DNA of 63,997 bases, filler included, from an uncultured Myxococcia bacterium (GTDB taxonomy: Bacteria > CAZTWC01): the NCBI GenBank assembly GCA_964617105.1. It is 9 parts of 9 records of this genome, joined end to end, with 100 filler letters (N's around TTAATTAATTAA, not from the genome) between each part and the next. Parts side by side here need not be neighbours in the genome. Positions count along the whole stretch, not along the records: positions 28,704 to 35,752 come from CAZTWC010000201.1; positions 35,853 to 42,847 come from CAZTWC010000202.1; 7 more parts are not named here. One strand, 5' to 3'. Below are positions 31,408-39,247 of this stretch, piece after piece. The translations under genes were made by a program, and so were the position numbers. Within the stretch, counting starts at the first letter, position 1; every line of letters starts with the position of its first letter. The notes under the pieces were generated by a model, which was not told the DNA's origin, searched no databases, and was given only the letters and a program-made list of their open reading frames with translations.

Positions 31408-31818
31408 TTATTTAACTTTCGCCAAAGGGTTGGGTCCTAATTTTCGGATTTGCTCGACAAAACTATTAATTTTTTCGGCAAAACGCACCCCTTCAGCAGC
31501 AGAGATCCATTCCAGGGCAATTCGTTCCTCCTCCAGGCCCAGCAAATTTATCAGACCTTTTATCTTCTCAAACTGCTCAACCGCCCGATGGTTGCCAAAC
31601 ATATAGTGGCAGTCGCCAAAGTGACAGCCAGATACCATCACTCCATCACTGCCTTTTGCAAAGGCTTTGAGAACAAAAGATGGGTGTACTCGCCCCGAGC
31701 ACATAACCCGCAGAAGTCTGACGTTGGCCGAATATTCCAGTTTGCTCACCCCGGCGGTATCTGCCCCGGCGTAGGAGCACCAATTGCAGGCAAAAACCAG
31801 TATTTTGGGCTCAAACAT
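31408..31818 (-). CDS. mvhD: Hydrogenase iron-sulfur subunit MvhD/FlpD (Cys form)
   Basis: FACNWCSYAGAD, MCSGRV, GCHFGDCHY and WISAAEG motifs; start overlaps the hdrA stop. Confidence 0.92.
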   Translation of the reverse strand: MFEPKILVFACNWCSYAGADTAGVSKLEYSANVRLLRVMCSGRVHPSFVLKAFAKGSDGVMVSGCHFGDCHYMFGNHRAVEQFEKIKGLINLLGLEEERIALEWISAAEGVRFAEKINSFVEQIRKLGPNPLAKVK

Positions 31819-34800
31819 GATAATCCTCAAACAGGGCGTTGATCATAGCATTTACTTGCTCATCGGTATAATGGCAAGCCTCAATAGCGCTGGTGGGGCA
31901 CCAAACCGCGCAGGTGCCGCACCCCTTGCAGAGAGCCCGATTAATTTCAGCCGCCTCTCCTCCCTTTTCCAGGCTGACTATTTGGGGAGCCTGGTATTGA
32001 CAGATCTCCACACATTGCCCACACTGGCGGCAGCGCTCCTGGTCCACCTGACAAACCAGGGGCGGTAAACATATCTTCTCCTGGTTTAACAGTTGCCAAG
32101 CCTTACCCGCCGCTGCCTGAGCCTGAACAATAGAATCGTCAATATCTTTTGGTCCCTGCACTGTTCCGCAAATAAAAACTCCCTCGATGCAGGTTTCCAC
32201 CGGCCCCAACTCTGGATGGCGCTCCAGTAAAAACCCATCGCTGCCCTGAGGAATTTTTAAAAGGGTACGCAGGTTTTGAAACTCTTTTCCTCGTTCCATC
32301 ATGCCCACCGCCAGCACTACCAAGTCGGTGGGAACCAGGATATCCCGGTTAAGTAAGGTGTCCGAAAATATTATTCGATCTACCTTTTTATCACCTTCCA
32401 AAGATGGCAGACGGTCCGGATGGTAACGAAGAAAGAGCACCCCATTTTTACGGGCAAGACGGTAAAACTCCTCCTCTCCCTGGCCCACCATTCGCATATC
32501 CCGGTATAATACCGTGCAGTCAAGGCCCAGTTTTCTTAATTCCATTGCCTGCCTGACAGTGGTGGGACAGCAGTATCTGGAGCAACCCTGGTAACCATCC
32601 TGATCGCTGCGAGAACCTATGCACTGTATAAAAACTGCGTTTTTTGCCGCCTTTAGTAAAGAATTGTTTCCATCTTGCCGGCGGGCGAGCATCTCTTCCA
32701 TATCCATAGAGGTGACCACGTTGGCAGCCTGGCCGTATCGCCACTTTTTATCCGGCCTATATAACCTGGAACCAGTAGCCACAATTATTGCGCCCACCTT
32801 AAAAGGCGACCAGATCTCCTTTTGGTCAGCGCTCTGTAAATGGACTTGAAAATTTCCCACATACCCGTCAATATGTTTTAACCGGGTATTTTTCAGAATA
32901 CGCACAGCCGAGGCTTCCCGGACCTGGCGGGCCAATCGTTTAGCCGGATTATCTTCTGCATTGCCATTGCCAAGAAGTTGGCTCAACCTGGATAATTTTG
33001 ATACTGTACCCCCCAATTCGTTCTCTTTTTCCACCAACGTGACCTCAAAGCCCAGTTTATCCATTTCCAGGGCAGCATTCAGGCCAGCTACCCCACCGCC
33101 AATTACCAACACATGCTGGTGAATATCAGCGGTAATCACCTCCAGGGGTTTTAGTTTGGCCGCCCGGGCAACCGCCATTCTAATTAGATCCAGGGCTTTG
33201 CCATAAGCCCGGACGCTATCTTGGGAATGAACCCAGGTGCACTGGTCGCGAATATTGGCCATCTCTAGCAAAAAAGGGTTAAGGCCGGCCTGGGAGCATG
33301 TCTGTTGGAAAACAGGTTCGTGAGTTCGAGGAGTGCAGGCCGCCACCACCACCCGGTTGAGGCGGTTTACCTGTATTTTCTCCTGGATGATTTTTTGGCC
33401 GCTGTCAGCGCAGGCAAACAACTCCTGACCGCAGTAAACCACCTGGGGCATTCGATTGATTTCCTCCACCAGGCTGTCTATCTCGATTACCCGGCCTATA
33501 TTGGCACCACAGTGGCAGATAAACACTCCAATTCTGGTTTCTGCTCCAGGTTCAATTGGTTTGAATTGCTCGGGTTCAGGCCTGGGTAGTTTATATTCCT
33601 GCACATAGTTGCCAGCCTTGATTGCGGCTGATGAAGCCTGGGCCACACATTCAGGAATTACTCTGGGGCCGCCGGCGCTGCCACAGATAAAGACTCCTGG
33701 ACGGCTGCTCTCTACCGGCTGATTGGATTTTGGGGCAGCAAAAAAACCGCTGGCCGAAATTTCTATTCCTAAAATTTCTGCTAAATGTGAAGTTTGAGGA
33801 CGGGGAATGCCGGCGCAACTGAGCACCACCATTTCCGCGCGTATTCGCAGGGGTTCCCCTTTTTCAGTATCTTCCAGAAAAACCTCTAAATCATCTTGAT
33901 CTATTTGAACCAGTTTACCAGGCCGGCCCCGGATAAAATTGATATAATCTTCGCCTCTGGCTCGGACCACCAACTGGTCGAAACCTTTGCCAAAAGCGCG
34001 GATATCAGTGTATAGAATGGAGCAGGACTCTACCTCCTTTTGATGCTGCCTAATCAACAGAGCATCCTTAACCGCATTCATGCAGCAATATCGGGAACAA
34101 TTAAATCGTCGCCCCCCTTCAAACCCAGGGCTGTCAATATTGGGGGAAAAAGAACAGGTTTCGCCCCTGGCGCCAACGCATTGGATAAAAACTAAGTTTT
34201 TGGGTACCTGCTGGTCTGAGGGTCGGATCACCTGGCCCTGGGTAGGGCCGGAAGCATTGAGCAGCCTTTCCAATTCCAGGCTGGTAACCACATTGGGCCA
34301 GCGGCCGTAACCATAGTTTTTCATCTGTAGAGGGTGAAATTCATCAAATCCAGTGGCCACGATCACCGCTCCCACCTCCAGTTCCCGTTCATACGGCTGC
34401 ATATCGTGCTCAATGGCCCCTAACTTGCAGACCCGGCGGCATCTTTCGCACACGAAAAAACCTGGCGCATTCAGGCAAGTGGGCATATCGATAACATAGG
34501 CAGAGGGGACTGCCTGAGGATAGGGTCGGTAGATGGCCTTGCGCGTCCCCAGTCCCAGATCCCATTGATTGGGACTGACCTCAGGACAAACCTGTTCGCA
34601 GTCACCGCAGCCTGTACAAATTTCAGTTTTGACATAGCGCGGCTGACAATGCACCGTAGCCTTGAACTTACCCGCTGAACCCTGTAACCGGGTAAGTTGG
34701 GCCAGGGTAATAACTTCGATGTTGGGATGCCGACCGGCATCCATGGCCTTGGGCCCCAAAATTCAGATGGAGCAGTCCATGGTGGGGAAGGTTTTGTCCA

Positions 34801-34960
34801 ACTGGGCCATCCTTCCCCCAATGGCAGCCCCTTTTTCCAGCAAAAAAACTCTGTACCCTGCCTGGGCCAGGTCCAGTGAAGCCTGGATGCCGGAAATACC
34901 GCCGCCGATCACCAATACCCCTTTTTCGCTTTTGTCACTTATATCCATGATTGATTTCAT
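31811..34960 (-). CDS. hdrA: Large HdrA-like flavoprotein with two FAD modules (~1049 aa), selenoprotein (UGA 34763-34765 = Sec66)
   Basis: ORFs 34763..34960 and 31811..34759 are in the same frame across [19 protein letters not shown]; two GGGxxG motifs, internal [10 protein letters not shown]-terminal ferredoxin motifs. Confidence 0.9.
34725..34742 (-). promoter_or_regulatory. Bacterial SECIS-like hairpin of hdrA copy 1
   Basis: GGATGCC-GGTC-GGCATCC with the same 20-nt spacer and loop as copy 2 and one compensated pair. Confidence 0.8.
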
Positions 34961-35535
34961 TCGTCAATTCCCCGATTGAAATTGGGGGGTTTAAAGTGGT
35001 ATTGCATACCCATGGCCAGGGCTTTTAGGTTAAGATCTCTCATCCCCTCAGGAACCGCTGAAGAGACCGATTTTTCAAGCGCCTCTTTAGTGACCACGCC
35101 ACAATAGGCGGTTAAAAATCCCAGCATTATGATGTTGGTAAATATCCGTTTACCCAACTCTTTTTCCGCCATCTTGGTGGCCTCGATGGGAATCAAGTTG
35201 CTTTTGGGAAAGGAAATATCATTGATCTCCACCAGGTCTCTATCGATAATAATAATACCGTTATCACTGGTTTTTGGAGTGTATTTGTCGAATCCCTCCT
35301 GGGACATGGCTACCAAAATATCATGTTGTTTAATAAAGGGATATTGAATCCTGGATGGAGAAATAATGATACTGGCGCTGCAGGCGCTGCCACGGGCCTC
35401 TGGGCCATAAGATTGGGTAAAAACACAGTGCTGGTTATCGAAACGCGAGGCGGCCTGGCCCAGGATAAAACCGGCCAGTATAACCCCCTGTCCACCAAAA
35501 CCAGTGATGCGTATTTCTCTCTTTTCAGTGGTCAA
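34957..35535 (-). CDS. 2-oxoacid:ferredoxin oxidoreductase gamma subunit
   Basis: [20 protein letters not shown] and NIIMLG motifs. Confidence 0.92.
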   Translation of the reverse strand: MTTEKREIRITGFGGQGVILAGFILGQAASRFDNQHCVFTQSYGPEARGSACSASIIISPSRIQYPFIKQHDILVAMSQEGFDKYTPKTSDNGIIIIDRDLVEINDISFPKSNLIPIEATKMAEKELGKRIFTNIIMLGFLTAYCGVVTKEALEKSVSSAVPEGMRDLNLKALAMGMQYHFKPPNFNRGIDE

Positions 35536-35752
35536 ACTTTTTCCTCAACATATCTAAAAAGGTTGGTTTCTCTATATCAACAAATTTTCCGCAGGTTATC
35601 TCATCCTGAAAACCTATCTCCAGAGTCGAAAGGTCGGCGCCATGCTCGATTTTACAGTTCTCCCGATAAAAACGCATAAGATCGGTGCCAGTACCCAATT
35701 TGTTTTTACGGGCGTACAAAGTGGAGCAAGGGGCTATCACCTCTACAAAGGA
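35525..35752 (-). CDS. 2-oxoacid:ferredoxin oxidoreductase beta subunit, C-terminal fragment
   Basis: FVEVIAPCSTLYARKN...ITCGKFVD..KPT; directly upstream of the gamma subunit. Confidence 0.75.
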   Translation of the reverse strand, partial: SFVEVIAPCSTLYARKNKLGTGTDLMRFYRENCKIEHGADLSTLEIGFQDEITCGKFVDIEKPTFLDMLRKKFDH

Positions 35753-35852
35753 NNNNNNNNNNNNNNNNNNNNNNNNNNNNNNNNNNNNNNNNNNNNTTAA
35801 TTAATTAANNNNNNNNNNNNNNNNNNNNNNNNNNNNNNNNNNNNNNNNNNNN

Positions 35853-36008
35853 ATTGGCATTTAATAGTTCAATACCATAGATTTTGCCATCAGCAGATAA
35901 ATCTATATTGAGTTCCTCACTCACCTTGATGGTTTCTACCTGTTGGTTTTGTTTATTCCTAAAACGGATATAAGCGATGTTATACCTGGGATCATAAGTG
36001 AATTTCAT
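35853..36008 (-). CDS. DUF2283 family protein (putative antitoxin); 3'-truncated
   Basis: MKFTYDP..NIAYIRF...NIDL..DGKIYGIELLNA. Confidence 0.8.
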
Positions 36009-36024
36009 GGGTGAACTCCAAAAT

Positions 36025-36243
36025 TCATTTTAAAAATAACGTGTAATCAGTGAAATAACCAGCCTTTAAAATCAATTTGGGCCCTCGCCATATCCCATCA
36101 AAAGTAAAATTCTTTCTAAATCCGATGCGATTGTATTTTGCCGGAAATTGCTCTCCATCTTCTACAGTAGCAATCACCTCTTCTTCAATTGCGCCTCTTT
36201 CCTCCAATCTTTCCTGTGCATGAGGATGTAATCGGACTCTCAT
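36025..36243 (-). pseudogene. DUF4258 family (putative toxin), probably disrupted near the C-terminus
   Basis: HPHAQERLEERG..EEEV N-terminus; a family-like tail LVISLITRYF* lies in another frame (stop 36030-36032). Confidence 0.55.
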
Positions 36244-36322
36244 AAAAATTCACCTTGTTATTAAATTATAACATATAAAAAGTCAAGATGCCTAAAAATC
36301 TAGAATTTGTGAATAACAGATC

Positions 36323-36603
36323 AGATGCATCCATTACCTATTAATCCTAGAATTCGGAGGCGCTCGGATAACTAGGCGCTGGTGGCAAAATACCCGCAGA
36401 CGTAGGTTCTTCTACGTCGAGGACGATTTTGTCGCCAGCAACAACGTTAGCCGAGATGCATCCATTACCTACTAATCCTAGAATTCGGAGGCGCTCGGAT
36501 AACTAGGCGCTGGTGGCAAAATACCCGCAGACGTAGGTTCTTCTACGTCGAGGACGATTTTGTCGCCAGCAACAACGTTAGCCGAGATGCATCCGAATTC
36601 TAG
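36323..36603. repeat. Tandem 131-bp repeat (two copies plus partial) of a palindromic REP/RPE/MITE-like element
   Basis: Units start at 36323, 36454 and 36585 (one mismatch between full copies); 36478-36603 folds into a long hairpin with CTAGAATTCGGA/TCCGAATTCTAG ends. Confidence 0.9.
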
Positions 36604-37991
36604 TAAATATCGGCCCAACTGTTGCGCTTAATATACCTCCCGCACCCCGGATCTCCAATATATTCTCCATCCCTTACCACCATTCTTCCCCTTAAGAATG
36701 TCATGATGGGAAAAGTTGCCAGCATCCCCTTGTAGGGATTCCAATCGCAATGGGTCTGAAGTTTGGTGGGATTGATTTTTATTTCATTGTCTGGATCTAT
36801 GAGAACCAGATCGGCATCGGATGAAACAGTGATAGTTCCTTTTTGAGGATAGAGGCCAAAAATTCGAGCGGGATTGGTGGATAGAAGCCGGACCAACTTA
36901 TTGATGGGGATCCGTTCTGCACCCGGCCCGGCGGAAAAGATGATTGGCAATAGAGTCTCCACCCCTGGAATACCGGGTGGGACTTGAGTGTAATCACCTT
37001 TAGATGGTTCTTTTTGAGAACGGGTAAGATTAAAACTATCGGAACTAATTACCTGCAACTCTTCCCGGATAATACCTTGCCATAACTGCTCTATCTCCTC
37101 TTCCTCCCGCAGGGGCGGATTGGTGATATACAGGTATCCATCCCGGCGTTTTAAAAACGTTTCATCCAACAATAAATAGTGAGGACAGGTCGAGGCAAAA
37201 AGGGTTTCCAGCCTTTCTCGCGACCGTAAAAGCCGGAGAGAATCTCCAAGAGAGAGTCCAATTAAATAGAGCCCTAATAGGTCATGCTGTCTATGAATAG
37301 CCCGAATTCTTTCCACTGAACTACTCTCCACCGTAGGAGGCCGGGTGATGGAAACAAAACTGGTGCCCGCTTTTTTCATGGCGCCAGAGTCGATAAGTTT
37401 GCCTTTAAACAGATCTACCAAAGAGAGATTATCCGGCTTGATACACAGGAGTAAATTCTCTTTCTGACACAGGTCAAAAAGAGAATAGAGGTGCCCATCA
37501 TCGGAAAATCCCGCATCCATAGGCAGTGATAAGTCTAAAATTATACTGGAAACCCCCTCTTGGCTCAGATTAATTTGCTCCAAAGTAATTTTATCGATTT
37601 GAACAATTTGGGCGTGCAGACCATAATCTACGCAAGCATTGGGATCGCAGGTGTCCCGCTTAAGTTGTAGGGCATTTAAGAAAGGTTTGTTGACATGGCA
37701 GGGAAAACTATCTAACAGGGTGGTAATTCCACCGCAGGCCGCTGCCCGGGAAATATTTTCAAAGTCATCAATGGTGCTGATACCGCCCAGGTTAAATCTA
37801 CAGTGGCTCATGGTGTCGATAGCGCCTGGCAAGACATATTTGTTCTCTGCATCCACCGACAGGCATGGTTTTTCGCTGGATAAATTCAACCCCAGTGCGG
37901 TAATTTTACCTTGCCTGATACCAATGTCTGCCTTAAACTGGTCAAAACCGGTAAAGATTGTTCCATTCCTGATGATAGTGTCGAATATCAT
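36600..37991 (-). CDS. Dihydropyrimidinase/hydantoinase-family protein with a degenerate metal centre
   Basis: AAACGGITT, TCPHYL, NPPLR, GIPGVET and STNPARIFGLYPQKG...DADLV motifs; most metal ligands substituted. Confidence 0.8.
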   Translation of the reverse strand: MIFDTIIRNGTIFTGFDQFKADIGIRQGKITALGLNLSSEKPCLSVDAENKYVLPGAIDTMSHCRFNLGGISTIDDFENISRAAACGGITTLLDSFPCHVNKPFLNALQLKRDTCDPNACVDYGLHAQIVQIDKITLEQINLSQEGVSSIILDLSLPMDAGFSDDGHLYSLFDLCQKENLLLCIKPDNLSLVDLFKGKLIDSGAMKKAGTSFVSITRPPTVESSSVERIRAIHRQHDLLGLYLIGLSLGDSLRLLRSRERLETLFASTCPHYLLLDETFLKRRDGYLYITNPPLREEEEIEQLWQGIIREELQVISSDSFNLTRSQKEPSKGDYTQVPPGIPGVETLLPIIFSAGPGAERIPINKLVRLLSTNPARIFGLYPQKGTITVSSDADLVLIDPDNEIKINPTKLQTHCDWNPYKGMLATFPIMTFLRGRMVVRDGEYIGDPGCGRYIKRNSWADIY

Positions 37992-37997
37992 AAATAG

Positions 37998-39242
37998 TTA
38001 CCCCAGTTTGACAATTTTTTTCTTGGCCAAAATTTTTAACTGTTCTGAACTTATCCCCCCGTTTTCCATCAGGATTTCGGCACTGTGTTCTCCTAGTCCG
38101 GGCGGAGGTATTAACTCCTGGTGATGAGGCAAAGGCGGCCGTAACACCTTAAAAGTTGTGGGATTGGGCTGATTGGGACTTTTGGCAATGTTTAAATCTG
38201 CCATAGTTCCTCGCTGAAACCAATAGTCGGAGGAGAATATCTCATGGTCTTGTAGCGCTTTTTGTAAACAAAAATCGTATTTCTGGTTTAACTGCAACCA
38301 GGTCTCCAGGCTTTTTTCAGCAAATAACTCCTCCATTTGCTGATGCGTTTCCTGAGAGAGATCATATTGCCTGGTGATCAGATCTTTTCTCCCAGTAGCC
38401 TGGATAAAATTTTGCCAAAACTTGGGCTCCAGAGGGGCGAAACTAACCAAATTGCCGGTTTCGCCGCCGTCTTCAGGCGGAGCGGTACGATAAAAACGAT
38501 AGCAGGGATATTTTCCAGACAGAGGTTCTTTGTCTACCCGATATTTCTCCTGGAAATAGTTATAGTGAGCCAAGTGCGGGAAAGCAAAAGAGAAAACCGT
38601 TTCTGCCATGGATATCTCTATATGTCTTCCGCCAATCTCCCCCTCCCCTGCCTCTGCTGTTGGGGTAAAGTTTTCTCTGGCCCTTAGTGCCGCTAAAATG
38701 GATAGGGAGGCAAAAAGCGCGGTAGCGTTGTCTGCCAACTGGAGCATGGGATTGGCTGGTACCTGTTGGGAGGATCTACCGGCAGGCACTGACCCCAATC
38801 CAGCCAGACCTACATAGTTGAGGTCGTGTCCTGCCCAGTTTGAAAATTTATCTTTACTACCATAACCGCTTATGGAGCATAATATTATATTGGGGTTAAG
38901 TTTTTTCAGGCTTTGATATCCGATACCAAGTCTTTCCATCACTCCCGGTCTAAATGACTCCACTACCACATCAAAAGATTGAATCAGCCGGTAAAAGATA
39001 TCTCTCCCCTCCTCTGATTTTAGATTTAAAGCCAAACTGCGTTTGTTTCGATTGAGCAAGCAAAACAAAGGATTCAAACCTTCAACCTGGGGAGGCATAA
39101 AGCGCAAATAGTCACCAGACGCTGGTTCTTCAAGTTTAATCACATCCGCCCCCATATCGGCCAGCATCAAAGTACAGAGTGGACCAGGAAGCAATCTGGA
39201 CATATCTAAGATGTGGAGATCACGCAATGGGGCTTGCGTCAT
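37998..39242 (-). CDS. CaiB/BaiF family III CoA-transferase (alpha-methylacyl-CoA racemase-like)
   Basis: LLPGP, LADMGADVIKLE, NRNKRS, ESFRPGVMERLG, GHDLNY and LAD motifs. Confidence 0.9.
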   Translation of the reverse strand: MTQAPLRDLHILDMSRLLPGPLCTLMLADMGADVIKLEEPASGDYLRFMPPQVEGLNPLFCLLNRNKRSLALNLKSEEGRDIFYRLIQSFDVVVESFRPGVMERLGIGYQSLKKLNPNIILCSISGYGSKDKFSNWAGHDLNYVGLAGLGSVPAGRSSQQVPANPMLQLADNATALFASLSILAALRARENFTPTAEAGEGEIGGRHIEISMAETVFSFAFPHLAHYNYFQEKYRVDKEPLSGKYPCYRFYRTAPPEDGGETGNLVSFAPLEPKFWQNFIQATGRKDLITRQYDLSQETHQQMEELFAEKSLETWLQLNQKYDFCLQKALQDHEIFSSDYWFQRGTMADLNIAKSPNQPNPTTFKVLRPPLPHHQELIPPPGLGEHSAEILMENGGISSEQLKILAKKKIVKLG

Positions 39243-39247
39243 GGTAT

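Noticed and set aside
31408-31818. MvhD as a selenoprotein
   Set aside because: The ORF is uninterrupted and CNWC is encoded TGC-AAT-TGG-TGC
29645-34765. hdrA genes as nonsense pseudogenes or four separate ORFs
   Set aside because: The same TGA at a conserved Cys position in both copies, SECIS-like hairpins and selA favour selenocysteine
36323-36603. CRISPR array or integron attC array
   Set aside because: The units are 131-bp near-identical copies with no unique spacers or cassettes, and no cas gene or integrase is present
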